Part shown: positions 38,214 through 47,916 of the stretch, in pieces
Layout of the letters: each line of letters opens with the position of its first letter
Position numbering within the stretch: the stretch's first letter is position 1
DNA from: a virus
IMG/VR virus record: IMGVR_UViG_3300029250_000344
Reading direction: 5' to 3' (one strand)
DNA: 64,000 nucleotides
The notes under the pieces: model-generated
Told to the model about the DNA's origin: nothing
Databases searched by the model: none
The model's input: only the letters and a program-made list of their open reading frames with translations
Position numbers and translations under genes: made by a program

Positions 38214-38435
38214 TTATTCTCGCTTGTTTGCCGCCAGCAACGACACCATTATGCTCATCGTCTGCTCAGGTGTTAATTCGTACAACTCCTGCTTGTCCTC
38301 CACCATTCTGCGGATGTACTCATCGGAACTGTAATCATATTCCTGTGGCGCGGCATTACGCATCATAAAGAAGGTTTCGCGCAGGGTGTTTTCATCATAT
38401 ATATTGCCCGTGGCAGAACTGACGTACAGTTTCAT
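38214..38435 (-). CDS. hypothetical protein
   Basis: ORF. Confidence 0.4.
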   Translation of the reverse strand: MKLYVSSATGNIYDENTLRETFFMMRNAAPQEYDYSSDEYIRRMVEDKQELYELTPEQTMSIMVSLLAANKRE

Positions 38436-38635
38436 CTTGTCTCCTCCAATGTGCCGTTCTTGCTTGTGCAGTTCTGTATGTACTGCTCAAAGGTGTAATC
38501 ATATTCTTCCGGCTGCTCCCGCTTGAGCTGCTCAAATTCCTGCCGCAGTTCCTTCTCGGTCACAAACCGCATTGCCTCTGTATCAATGAAAATATTCATC
38601 TGCCATCTCCTTGAACCCCGCCATAACAAAGTCAT
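38432..38635 (-). CDS. hypothetical protein
   Basis: ORF. Confidence 0.4.
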   Translation of the reverse strand: MTLLWRGSRRWQMNIFIDTEAMRFVTEKELRQEFEQLKREQPEEYDYTFEQYIQNCTSKNGTLEETR

Positions 38636-38771
38636 CGTATGTCAGCCCGAATCCGTTTTCATCCGTCAGCGTATCCATGATATCGCTGTCATTCCAGAAC
38701 CAGTCCCTGCCGACGCTTATAGCGGAATCTATGAGCAGCTTTAAGGCGGATATGTATTCGTTATCGGTCAT
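38583..38771 (-). CDS. hypothetical acidic protein
   Basis: ORF. Confidence 0.35.
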   Translation of the reverse strand: MTDNEYISALKLLIDSAISVGRDWFWNDSDIMDTLTDENGFGLTYDDFVMAGFKEMADEYFH

Positions 38772-39152
38772 TTAGTGTTCCTCCATCCATTTCTCGGCAA
38801 TTTTAGCCGCCTCGTCGTAGGAATCGGCTTCGCCTATCGAACACCCGCTACTCCACATATTGTCTTCCAAATAACATTCGGCAATTATCCGTCCTGCATC
38901 ATCGCCGTATATCTCTCTTATACTGTCTGTCATATAGCCATATGGTTCAAGGCAATTCTCGATGTCTTCTTCGCTCAAGTCGTCCATATTTGCTGAGACA
39001 TGGCATATCACATACTCATGTTCTCCAGCCGCCCTGTCCTTCTCAGTAAGGTTTACACATGTCATCTGCACCATTTCATATTCGTTATTACCGTTATCAC
39101 GCATCCACTGGCCATCATCAGTTTCAATCCAGCCTTTACACTCTATATTCAT
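38772..39152 (-). CDS. hypothetical acidic protein
   Basis: ORF. Confidence 0.4.
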   Translation of the reverse strand: MNIECKGWIETDDGQWMRDNGNNEYEMVQMTCVNLTEKDRAAGEHEYVICHVSANMDDLSEEDIENCLEPYGYMTDSIREIYGDDAGRIIAECYLEDNMWSSGCSIGEADSYDEAAKIAEKWMEEH

Positions 39153-39526
39153 TGGGTATCCTCCACTATTTCAACTATATTCAGCAATTTGCCCGGTTCT
39201 ATACTGAAGCACCGCGCTATCTGAGCTTTATAAGCTATGTTGTCATCATCCCCGTCCCATTCCTCATCAATATCACTGGTGTCCTCACCTATTCGTTTGA
39301 AGCTATATTCAGCCAGATTGCGATAAAAGGCGGTAATGAACTGTATCTCTTCGTAATCGTCGTACCACTTAACCCACTCCCAATAAAAGGTGACATATTC
39401 ATCTTGGTCTACAACGTGCGCTATACACATAAATGGCCGCACCGCATTACTTTCTTTTGCCTGCTTTATTAGTTCCAGAGCATCCTCCTTGCGCAATGTT
39501 AGCGCCACATCACTACGATACCCCAT
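39149..39526 (-). CDS. hypothetical acidic protein
   Basis: ORF. Confidence 0.4.
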   Translation of the reverse strand: MGYRSDVALTLRKEDALELIKQAKESNAVRPFMCIAHVVDQDEYVTFYWEWVKWYDDYEEIQFITAFYRNLAEYSFKRIGEDTSDIDEEWDGDDDNIAYKAQIARCFSIEPGKLLNIVEIVEDTQ

Positions 39527-39539
39527 TATTCTTCCTCCT

Positions 39540-39770
39540 CTATTTCTTCAAACATGTCGTATATATATGCTCTGTGGTGATGATGTCTCTTGTGCCATCA
39601 TCACCCCATATTTCCATCCAATCATATGGTTCATCACTGGCATCTCTCAAGTCATCGCTTCGCAGTAAGTCCCGGCAAAACAATGCCTCTGCCTGTATCT
39701 CCTGAAGCGTACCGGATTGCCATTTATCATGTCTGTCTTGATCTTTGTTGTATGCCATTAAGTGAAACAT
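39540..39770 (-). CDS. hypothetical protein (trimmed to the internal Met)
   Basis: Track ORF 39540..39827 overlaps peptide copy B. The internal start has an RBS GAGGAG. Confidence 0.35.
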   Translation of the reverse strand: MFHLMAYNKDQDRHDKWQSGTLQEIQAEALFCRDLLRSDDLRDASDEPYDWMEIWGDDGTRDIITTEHIYTTCLKK

Positions 39771-39784
39771 TGCTTTCTTTCTCC

Positions 39785-39862
39785 TCAGTTCGATAAGAAC
39801 GTCAATATCACGATAACGATAATCCATGCTATCAGTCGTTTGGGATAGAATTCAAAATACAT
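39785..39862 (-). CDS. 25-aa hydrophobic peptide MYFEFYPKRLIAWIIVIVILTFLSN (copy B)
   Basis: RBS GAGGAGG. 9 of 10 nucleotide differences from copy A are synonymous. Confidence 0.55.
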   Translation of the reverse strand: MYFEFYPKRLIAWIIVIVILTFLSN

Positions 39863-39995
39863 AGTTATACCTCCTCAGATGCCACCAGAGCCTCAAATAG
39901 CCCCTCTGCGGCGTTTTTATTATTTTGTAGATAGATTGGTTGTGTAAGATACAGAATTGCTCATAACGTGTATTTGGAGCCGATATAAGAATTGC

Positions 39996-40124
39996 TTATT
40001 TCTGTAGCTCCCACACATGCAGCTCCTGCCATGTCATCACCAGCCAGCCGCCGCAAACCCTGACAATGGGTTCATTGCCGTGACAGGCTTCTTCCGCTTC
40101 CTTGCGGGTATCGTACTGTGTCAT
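39996..40124 (-). CDS. small ORF (42 aa)
   Basis: Its start overlaps the stop of the upstream gene (ATGA). Below the track cutoff. Confidence 0.3.
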   Translation of the reverse strand: MTQYDTRKEAEEACHGNEPIVRVCGGWLVMTWQELHVWELQK

Positions 40125-40348
40125 TCCGTTTCCTTCTTCTCAAGGTTACAAAAGAAATCATCTTCCGAAAACATCATACCGTCATAATACTCAAACAGTG
40201 CTTCATCAGGGATGTCATCTGGGTCTGGCAAAAGCGCTGGATACTCAGTGTCATTCTCCAACACCATCAGATAACTCAGTTTCAGCTCATCCAGTTCATC
40301 GCGGGTCAGGTCTTGTATTACTCGATACATTCTTTTTCTCCTTCGCAT
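40121..40348 (-). CDS. hypothetical acidic protein
   Basis: ORF. Confidence 0.4.
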   Translation of the reverse strand: MRRRKRMYRVIQDLTRDELDELKLSYLMVLENDTEYPALLPDPDDIPDEALFEYYDGMMFSEDDFFCNLEKKETE

Positions 40349-40434
40349 AGCATATCTGTACTCATTAAATACATTCCGTTCCTCCTGTCGCTTTAATATT
40401 TGCCCTTTATGGGCGGGGAATTAACGATTCAATA

Positions 40435-41130
40435 TCAAATGCAGAAGCCCAGCGCCACGCCATACGAGTCCAAGGCATAGCTATAGCTCGCGAATCCAGA
40501 AGTGTCGACCACACAAAAGAAGCGGGAGTCACCGAAATACGCGGAACGCAACCAAGCCGAACAAGCGGAGCCCTTCTTGCCAAAAGTAATTCTATCCCTG
40601 CGCGTTGCGAACGCCTCATACCGCTTACCATCTTCAGCAGGCGAATAAATAGCACTGCCAAACATTTCGCTTTCAGAAAACACCCATAGTTTGCGACACA
40701 TAACTTTAATACTACCATTATGCATTACATATTCTTTCGACACTGTACGCACATAAGGCAATATTGACTCAGGAATCCAACTCTGGGGCGATTTTATAAG
40801 AAATTTATCCAATTCAGAGGCAGCAAATCCATCAGGACAAGAACCGGGATCTATGCGACTCTTTTTTATATGATCCACCTGCCTCAGCGTAATAGTGTTA
40901 TACTTTCCGGTTAAAGCGTCTATATCGTGACCTATGCCCACAATCTCAAATGTAATACCATCCACTACAATGGTATCATGTACATTATAGTAAGCTTCTG
41001 TTTCTCCCGCTTTAGAAATGCGGGACATCTTTGCTATTTCACTTTCAACAGGCGTTATGCCAAGTTGCCGCATCTGCTCGTCAGTCAATTTCGTTTTCTT
41101 ACCATTGATACAAAGATAATTTTCAAACAT
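40435..41130 (-). CDS. hypothetical protein (start likely MFENYL)
   Basis: ORF. Confidence 0.45.
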   Translation of the reverse strand: MFENYLCINGKKTKLTDEQMRQLGITPVESEIAKMSRISKAGETEAYYNVHDTIVVDGITFEIVGIGHDIDALTGKYNTITLRQVDHIKKSRIDPGSCPDGFAASELDKFLIKSPQSWIPESILPYVRTVSKEYVMHNGSIKVMCRKLWVFSESEMFGSAIYSPAEDGKRYEAFATRRDRITFGKKGSACSAWLRSAYFGDSRFFCVVDTSGFASYSYALDSYGVALGFCI

Positions 41131-41257
41131 AGTTCGGTTCCTTTCTAATTTAGTATTCGCCCGGCCAAAGCTCGCGTATTGCACCAGTCAGGCGCTTAGT
41201 TGCTTTTGCCGCGTCCCGCAGCCCCTTCATTGTAATACCATAAGTGTTTGTCATAGT

Positions 41258-41509
41258 TCAGACCTCCTCTATTGTTATCTTGAATCTGTGAACTGAACCC
41301 CCTCCAATATCAACATACACCACATTATCATCCGTACTACTTGGGTAGGCATAGAATTTCTCGCAAGTTAGCTGTTCGCCATAATACTCATGGATTCCAT
41401 CCACCAACAGGCTGTCCTCGCCCAAAAAGTCTTGGTACAACCCACTTTGAATTGCGTCTTTAATGTAGTCTATCACTTTGATTCCTCCTGCGTTCTCAGT
41501 GCGCACCAC
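41258..41509 (-). CDS. hypothetical protein
   Basis: ORF. Confidence 0.4.
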   Translation of the reverse strand: MVRTENAGGIKVIDYIKDAIQSGLYQDFLGEDSLLVDGIHEYYGEQLTCEKFYAYPSSTDDNVVYVDIGGGSVHRFKITIEEV

Positions 41510-41760
41510 GCTGGCCAGTCCAACTTCGACACTAACGCTCGTGTTCTTTCTATAAACGTTGTTATAGCCTGCAACCTTTCATCCGAATATCCACCCCAAT
41601 AAAATGATGGGACCCCATTCTCATAAACATAGTTCCACACCACAAACGGGGCGGGATCGTTTTTGATGCCAGACCGCATACCTATTGCAACGCCCGCATC
41701 GCCAATTTCATGGAAAATCTTGATTTCATAGCCCTCGTTAATATGACCTGTGTGTATCAT
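41473..41760 (-). CDS. hypothetical protein
   Basis: ORF. Confidence 0.4.
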   Translation of the reverse strand: MIHTGHINEGYEIKIFHEIGDAGVAIGMRSGIKNDPAPFVVWNYVYENGVPSFYWGGYSDERLQAITTFIERTRALVSKLDWPAWCALRTQEESK

Positions 41761-41822
41761 TTACCGTTCCTCCTACAAACGAACTCTTGTAAACACGCCC
41801 TCCTTCTTTTGAGGGCTCCAAG

Positions 41823-42107
41823 TCAGTCTCCAATACTGAATGCCTCGGGTTTACGGTCTACAGTATTATTTTCGATTCTGCGTTCAGTTACACCGCTCTC
41901 TTGAAACACTATTAGCCTGTCATAGTTACAATTCTCACGCACGTCGTAATCATATCCGACCAACGAATAGTAAACATCACTTGCATAGTCCTCGCATAAT
42001 CGCCCTGCAATCTGCACCATCCGTGACATGATGCTTGATATATTGTCGTTTACGCTTTTAGCTGTGTACCCTTTGTCCGTACTGTAGGGGTGTATTGTAT
42101 ATGCCAT
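41823..42107 (-). CDS. hypothetical protein
   Basis: ORF. Confidence 0.4.
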   Translation of the reverse strand: MAYTIHPYSTDKGYTAKSVNDNISSIMSRMVQIAGRLCEDYASDVYYSLVGYDYDVRENCNYDRLIVFQESGVTERRIENNTVDRKPEAFSIGD

Positions 42108-43040
42108 TTATCGCTCCTCCTTAACTAATTCTGTGCGCCACGCCGATGCACACATCGCGTATACATTGCTGATGTTCCATCTGGATACAGCTTCGTCTGG
42201 TATTGCCGCGTCTATGAATTTCAGCGGAATCCGCAAATCCTTCTCTAACTCAATTTCCAACACGCTGCCAGCGCCGCTCCACTTGTCAAACAGCCCGCAC
42301 ATGACGGTGCGCGGCACGGTAATGTAATCCTCGCTGGTGTTTTTCCAAGGCTCATAACGAAACTCAGGATTCTGGCTTGCAGCAATGCGTTGATTCAGTT
42401 GCAAACACTCACCCAATGTCATTGACACCAGAAATACCAACTGTTGCATGTCGCTGGCACGATTCGCAAGTTCTTGCTCAACCGATTTCAAATAGGCACT
42501 GCCGCCAAAATCTGTGCCCTTCCGCGCCTTATTAAGCTGCTCCTTGGTATACCCCATCTGTTCGGTTAACCACATTAGGGCCGCTTTATCATTAATTTCA
42601 TCATCTTCCGGGTACACACAATTTAGAACATAATCGTAATTGCCATCGCCCGTATCTATGAGAATGTCGACATTCACTTTCTGGTCGAGATAATGGCGAT
42701 AATCTGGCTGCCAATGTACGTGCTCATCAATATAAGCAGTGATTTCATCTTCAACTTCATCCCACTCGGCAACGTCCTCATCCCATGCCAATTTCACGTT
42801 AGACATAGTATCGGCTTTCATGTCTTCTATGTTCCAGAACCACCCATCATCAATAGCCTCATAAAATGCGGTGTCCGGGTCATCGCTTTGAAAGATTTCC
42901 TTTATATCCGACGATGATATTTCGTCACGATAGTTGGCAGGATAAGTGCAATAATAGTCGTCACCTTCCTTACTGTCTAAAACCCACCGCAATTCATCAT
43001 CTAAAATGCGCTGTAACTCAGCTTGCACCCTTACTTCCAT
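42108..43040 (-). CDS. hypothetical highly acidic protein
   Basis: 310 aa, strongly Asp/Glu-rich. Confidence 0.45.
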   Translation of the reverse strand: MEVRVQAELQRILDDELRWVLDSKEGDDYYCTYPANYRDEISSSDIKEIFQSDDPDTAFYEAIDDGWFWNIEDMKADTMSNVKLAWDEDVAEWDEVEDEITAYIDEHVHWQPDYRHYLDQKVNVDILIDTGDGNYDYVLNCVYPEDDEINDKAALMWLTEQMGYTKEQLNKARKGTDFGGSAYLKSVEQELANRASDMQQLVFLVSMTLGECLQLNQRIAASQNPEFRYEPWKNTSEDYITVPRTVMCGLFDKWSGAGSVLEIELEKDLRIPLKFIDAAIPDEAVSRWNISNVYAMCASAWRTELVKEER

Positions 43041-43052
43041 TTCCGCCCCTCC

Positions 43053-43325
43053 TTACTTCACAACATGTTCCAGTGTTTCCACATCGAAATGATGATACGC
43101 ACGGCGCGGCCCCATTGGGTGTTTCTTTTGCAAGCTGCTGAGAATATAACAAGTGTGTTCTTCGCCCATACTATCCGTCGCTTTCACAGTTCCTTTTAGC
43201 AACCGCATTGAGCTTACCGTTTCCCCAAAGAATTTGAGTGTATCTCTGTCAAAAAAGTGCCCGTTAGGATGCATACGCTGATACTCGCTAATAAGACCGT
43301 ATACACTATATACTTTCACTGCCAT
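43053..43325 (-). CDS. hypothetical protein
   Basis: ORF. Confidence 0.4.
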   Translation of the reverse strand: MAVKVYSVYGLISEYQRMHPNGHFFDRDTLKFFGETVSSMRLLKGTVKATDSMGEEHTCYILSSLQKKHPMGPRRAYHHFDVETLEHVVK

Positions 43326-43370
43326 TTATTATTCCTCCTTGCTTTTCTGTTATTCACATCTTTCCTCCCA

Positions 43371-43865
43371 TCAATACACAAAGTCCGTCTCGACATAATC
43401 CCAGCCGGTGCCCCAGTGCGTCACACCCAGCACGCACAGATCAAGCATCTCGCAGTAGAAGATGATTTCGTCCGTGTGTTCCTTCAGCCGTTCTGCCGTG
43501 GTGCGGTCAATCAGATAATACTGGTAGATTTCTATTGGTTCCTCACTCTCCCAATCGTCATCCGCGTCCACCTCGTTGTCGTCGGCATCGTAGTAGCGGC
43601 ACAACTCACCGTTCTCAATGTTGTCATACAGGTTCCCATCCACACTCGCAATATCGTTGCAGAGCAACATCTGACTGTCTGGATAGAATATCTGGCTGTA
43701 CTCGCAGCGCACAGTCTTGCCCCTACAAGTCGTGTACGGATCTGCCACCTTTTCAAATTTATATCTATCTTTGAGCCACTCGTTGTGTTCCAGTGCCAAG
43801 CCGGTATAGAAATCGTCGTTTTCGTTGCGGTATATCTCATCCACATAGAATGATCTGTTAGCCAT
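43371..43865 (-). CDS. hypothetical acidic protein
   Basis: ORF. Confidence 0.45.
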   Translation of the reverse strand: MANRSFYVDEIYRNENDDFYTGLALEHNEWLKDRYKFEKVADPYTTCRGKTVRCEYSQIFYPDSQMLLCNDIASVDGNLYDNIENGELCRYYDADDNEVDADDDWESEEPIEIYQYYLIDRTTAERLKEHTDEIIFYCEMLDLCVLGVTHWGTGWDYVETDFVY

Positions 43866-43876
43866 ATTATATCACC

Positions 43877-44086
43877 TCACCTGTATATCTTAACAATTTC
43901 CCAATCTGTTAGTGCTGCTGTGGTATCGAGCTCCCTTATGGGCAACCTCTTAATTACGGCCTTATCGAAGTCGCATTCATAAATATAACGATAAATCTTG
44001 GTATCAATTATCCTCTCTTTTTGTATTCGTGTTTCAAATTCCTTGGTCATTGTTACCTTTCCAGCTCTGCCATGCAATCCTCGCAC
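43877..44086 (-). CDS. hypothetical protein
   Basis: ORF. Confidence 0.35.
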   Translation of the reverse strand: MRGLHGRAGKVTMTKEFETRIQKERIIDTKIYRYIYECDFDKAVIKRLPIRELDTTAALTDWEIVKIYR

Positions 44087-45015
44087 AGCATACCTATTTC
44101 CGTGTGTTCCAGCTTATCCTTGCACTTTATCTCGCCACACCAATAGCAGCGATCGTATTCATCTTCGTAGTCCAGCAGTTCTTCAAAGCTGATATCCATG
44201 CAATACGGCATCAGCTCGGCCAGCTTTGAATCGTACTTGGCTCCGCCCTCCAACTCTGCCCGCTCGCTGGGATAGAGCATGTCATCCTCCCAGTTGTAGC
44301 CATACACATTTCCCTTTTTGTCCACGTAAAACTCGCCGTAGTCGCTGTATTTGTTGCCGTCAAGGGTCACTGTGCCGCCAAGGTCAAAAATGTCGCACAC
44401 GCTCTTGGTCGGAGTCCAGTATTTCGGTGTCTTGTAGGACGTATTGCTGAACATCAATCCGGTTTGCTCGTCTGTCACGAAGTCCCCCACGGTGCTGATG
44501 TTACCTTCCATATCGAGGAATGCAAGCCGTGAGCCGCCTATTTCGTTTTCTATCAGCTTGCGGAAATACTTGTCCTGCGGGAAGTGTTTGTTGATACATT
44601 TCATGGTGCTGAGCTGGGTCAGTATGTATTCCATCGTGTCGCTTATGCCGCTCCTCGGCTGCACGCTCAGTATGCCGTTGTGCGCCACACCCAGACTGGT
44701 TTTGCACATGAGTTTCCGCAGCATACTCAGATTGTCCGTCACAGGGAACGGATGTGTGTTCTCAGGCGATGTGCCACCGTGTGTGGTTATGCGGAAGTGG
44801 AATACCATAGGCGTCTGCACAGTGTCTATTTTGCCCTCTACGCGCTTATATGCCTTATAGAAGTCTTTATATTCCATGAAACCTTTCTCGATGCACACGC
44901 CGCCGTTGGCCGTGTACATGAAGCCTGCGCCGTCCGGATTATGGTTCCACATATTCTCGAACATTTCCTCGCTGGGTGTTGCTATGCCGGCCTTCTTTAC
45001 TACTATGATGCACAT
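44053..45015 (-). CDS. class-II glutamine amidotransferase-like Ntn hydrolase with C-terminal zinc ribbon
   Basis: N-terminal MC nucleophile, HNGIL motif, C-terminal CYWCG...CEDC. Confidence 0.6.
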   Translation of the reverse strand: MCIIVVKKAGIATPSEEMFENMWNHNPDGAGFMYTANGGVCIEKGFMEYKDFYKAYKRVEGKIDTVQTPMVFHFRITTHGGTSPENTHPFPVTDNLSMLRKLMCKTSLGVAHNGILSVQPRSGISDTMEYILTQLSTMKCINKHFPQDKYFRKLIENEIGGSRLAFLDMEGNISTVGDFVTDEQTGLMFSNTSYKTPKYWTPTKSVCDIFDLGGTVTLDGNKYSDYGEFYVDKKGNVYGYNWEDDMLYPSERAELEGGAKYDSKLAELMPYCMDISFEELLDYEDEYDRCYWCGEIKCKDKLEHTEIGMLCEDCMAELER

Positions 45016-45017
45016 GA

Positions 45018-46343
45018 TTATGCTGCCTCCTGTTGTCTATGGAATGTTGTTCTCTTGGTCAAATAGTCAATAAGGTCTGGGTAATCCACGTCGCGGAATA
45101 TATCTTCCCATGTGGTTTTATTTATATCGTTGATGTTTAGTTTCTTAGCAAATCGGCAAAGGGTGTCTACGAATTGAAGTGTTGCGTTGAATGTGCTTGC
45201 TTTTAGTGTTCCTCGGAACAGTCTGAACTCTATCGTGTTGTCGTTTCTTAGGTTGACGGCGTAATATCGGCCTTTGTTGCGTAGATCACGCGCTTTGCTG
45301 GCAAGTGTGGCATCGTTGTCATCATCCTCCAGCGCGATTTCGTTCTTGCTTGCCCAATGGTTTAGCTGTTCTTCCGTGCGGCGGCTGAACGGTATCATAT
45401 GTGATTCCCAGAACCGATTGACCAGCAGCACGGCCTTGGCGATATTCAAGTCGATTTCAGTTTGGGTATTGCCGAAGAAATCTCTGTTGACGTGCACATG
45501 CAGGCCGCACGTTCCGGCATCGTGTGATGTGAACCCGTACTCACAGCATTTCTTCCGTATCCATTCCCAATCAAGTTCGTCCATGTGGTAGGCAAGTGTG
45601 CAGGGATGGGACACAATTTCCACGCCATCCTCGAGGCTGCCGTCATGCTTGCAGTAGATTTCCGGCACATTATCCTGCAATTCCTCGGCCAATTTTTCCG
45701 GGTCTTTGCCTTTGTCCACTTCCAACTCCACGCCCATATACAGCGGTGTGCCGTGAGCGAAGTCCTCCCGCTTCCCATAAAAGTCTGGGTCTGGCTTGTA
45801 CGAATAGTCGTGAATAGTTGCGGATTCCACTTCCTCCGCGCAGTCTTCGCAGTAGATATAGCCGTCGATTATGTGAACATCATCATCATGCACCAAGCAT
45901 CCGCAGTTGTCACAGGTATTCCAGCTTAAGTTATAGCACCAGTCGCACACCCATACATCATTATCATCGCAGCGCATATCCCGATCACGGCACCAGTCAC
46001 CGCAATCCGCGCATTGATGATAGGAGCCATGTTCGCGGCAGTATCTGCACACCATGCCTTGGTCCGGCACTTCCACGCAGTTAGGTTCCCAGTCACCGCA
46101 GTCCGTGCACTTGTAATAACCCATTTCTTCGGCGCATTCCTTGCTGCAAAAGCAAGAGCTGTCGGTCGTCTCTATCCAGTCATCTGTCCATTCCCCGCAG
46201 TGCTCGCACTGCACATAGTCCTTCTCCTCAGCGCATTCCTTATTGCAAAACGTTTTGCCATCCTGCGCCGTTATCATTGCTTCTTCGTCTTCGATTACCG
46301 CACCGCAGTTCGCACAAATATACTCTTTCATATTGACATTCAC
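45018..46343 (-). CDS. amidoligase-family enzyme with multi-zinc-ribbon N-terminus
   Basis: GVELEV...HVHV core and a repeated CxxC N-terminal region. Confidence 0.55.
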   Translation of the reverse strand: MNVNMKEYICANCGAVIEDEEAMITAQDGKTFCNKECAEEKDYVQCEHCGEWTDDWIETTDSSCFCSKECAEEMGYYKCTDCGDWEPNCVEVPDQGMVCRYCREHGSYHQCADCGDWCRDRDMRCDDNDVWVCDWCYNLSWNTCDNCGCLVHDDDVHIIDGYIYCEDCAEEVESATIHDYSYKPDPDFYGKREDFAHGTPLYMGVELEVDKGKDPEKLAEELQDNVPEIYCKHDGSLEDGVEIVSHPCTLAYHMDELDWEWIRKKCCEYGFTSHDAGTCGLHVHVNRDFFGNTQTEIDLNIAKAVLLVNRFWESHMIPFSRRTEEQLNHWASKNEIALEDDDNDATLASKARDLRNKGRYYAVNLRNDNTIEFRLFRGTLKASTFNATLQFVDTLCRFAKKLNINDINKTTWEDIFRDVDYPDLIDYLTKRTTFHRQQEAA

Positions 46344-46358
46344 TTTTCCTTTCTGTTG

Positions 46359-46475
46359 TTACATAGCTGAGATGAGCACGAATATTATATACCATGTGAC
46401 GATTAAAAAGACGATTCCTGCCGTTTGCACCGCGTACCACGCCCCGCTGTACGGTCTGAGCTTATAGCGTTTCAT
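46359..46475 (-). CDS. small membrane ORF (38 aa)
   Basis: RBS AAGGAG. Lies just after a terminator hairpin. Confidence 0.35.
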   Translation of the reverse strand: MKRYKLRPYSGAWYAVQTAGIVFLIVTWYIIFVLISAM

Positions 46476-46498
46476 ATTTTATTATCTCCTTATAAAAA

Positions 46499-46525
46499 AA
46501 AGACGCCATTAAGCGTCCAATATGT
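46499..46525 (-). terminator. intrinsic terminator on minus strand
   Basis: GACGC-CATTAA-GCGTC followed by a T8 run on the minus strand. Confidence 0.5.
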
Positions 46526-46574
46526 TAGTCAAAATTCAATTTAATGCCTTGTTACAGTTAATATATTATCTGTT

Positions 46575-46763
46575 TTACATTTCTTCCTTTGTTTCGCTCA
46601 GCTCCTCCCAGTCATCGGGGTTTCCCAGTCGCCGCAGATAGTCATGTCCTCCGTCCACGGCGCAAGCGCCGCAGCTACACATCTTGAAGTCGTGGGTGTA
46701 TTCACTTTCGATTACATCTCCGCACTTCTTGCACCTAATCTTATTGGTTATGATTTGCTGCAT
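46575..46763 (-). CDS. zinc-ribbon small protein
   Basis: CKKCG...CSCGAC. Confidence 0.4.
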   Translation of the reverse strand: MQQIITNKIRCKKCGDVIESEYTHDFKMCSCGACAVDGGHDYLRRLGNPDDWEELSETKEEM

Positions 46764-46772
46764 GGTTTCCTC

Positions 46773-46955
46773 CTACGCCACGGCACAGCCCCGTAAGGCC
46801 GCGAACAGTTCATCCAGTTGCCGCCACAGTCTTTCCCAGTCGGCCACGGCAAGCGGGTTGCGTGTTCCGCCCGGCACGTCCGCCCAGTCTTGCGCAAACG
46901 TTTCGATTTCCTTGCGCGTATCTGCCACGCGCTGCATGATTTCCCATTTAGACAT
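46773..46955 (-). CDS. hypothetical protein
   Basis: ORF. Confidence 0.35.
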   Translation of the reverse strand: MSKWEIMQRVADTRKEIETFAQDWADVPGGTRNPLAVADWERLWRQLDELFAALRGCAVA

Positions 46956-46967
46956 TGTTGTTTCCTC

Positions 46968-47231
46968 CTAATTTGCGAATCTTGCGCCAAAGAACCAATA
47001 TGTTTCCTTGGGTTTTATGTTTACGATATCGCACACCGCTTCCGACACGCGATATTTCAGCACCAACTTTTCCCATTCCCTGACGGTATACAATTCGTTG
47101 CCGATAAGTATGCCGTCAAAGGTTCTTTTTGCCCGGTTCAGCAAGCGGGCATTGTCATACTCCGGCTTGATACGATAGTATTTCATATGCGTTTCCCCTT
47201 TCGTGAACAATTCGTGAGCCATTGCGAACAT
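46968..47231 (-). CDS. hypothetical protein
   Basis: ORF. Confidence 0.4.
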   Translation of the reverse strand: MFAMAHELFTKGETHMKYYRIKPEYDNARLLNRAKRTFDGILIGNELYTVREWEKLVLKYRVSEAVCDIVNIKPKETYWFFGARFAN

Positions 47232-47277
47232 AAAAATAAGGCCACGCCGTTGCGTGACCCGTAATTGAGTTCTGTGT

Positions 47278-47730
47278 TTATTTCCTTTTTGTCATTACGT
47301 TTAGGAATGTCAATCCTATCATGATTCTATCGTTCGTTGTTGGGACGATTTCAAAATTGTCTACAAGATTCATTACTTCCCTTATGGCATCCATGCCGTA
47401 TACCCTTACGGTTAAATCCGTACAATATACAGTTATTTCGCCAATATCGGGGAAAATGTCGTTCATTTGACACTCGAATGTGGCATTCTCATCGTATTCG
47501 GTTACGATTTCCTTGAGTAAATCGTAAGCCTTATGCATATCATTATATCTTTCCTTATTCACAGCCCAGAGCGATTTTGCGTTTTCTTTAGCTTTTGCTT
47601 CTAAGGCTTTTTCCATAGACGCCCAGAAACGTTCTTCCTCGCTCATAGGCGTAATATCTATGATTTCCTTCATCCTCTCCTCCTTCTTGCGTTTATGTAA
47701 AAGCTTACCATACCGCGCCCGATAAGGCAA
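47278..47730 (-). CDS. hypothetical protein
   Basis: ORF. Confidence 0.45.
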   Translation of the reverse strand: MPYRARYGKLLHKRKKEERMKEIIDITPMSEEERFWASMEKALEAKAKENAKSLWAVNKERYNDMHKAYDLLKEIVTEYDENATFECQMNDIFPDIGEITVYCTDLTVRVYGMDAIREVMNLVDNFEIVPTTNDRIMIGLTFLNVMTKRK

Positions 47731-47916
47731 GGCTTTTCCAAATCATACAAGCAAACCCCGCACACCATTGCGCGAGGCTTAATCTATGATTTATGACGGG
47801 GTATGACATTCCGTGTCACACACCCCGATAGCCCACTACCACATAAACTATCGGTTAAAAAGCGAAAGGCCATACCCTTGCGCTAATCATATCACGCTTA
47901 GGAATAAAACGCAAGA

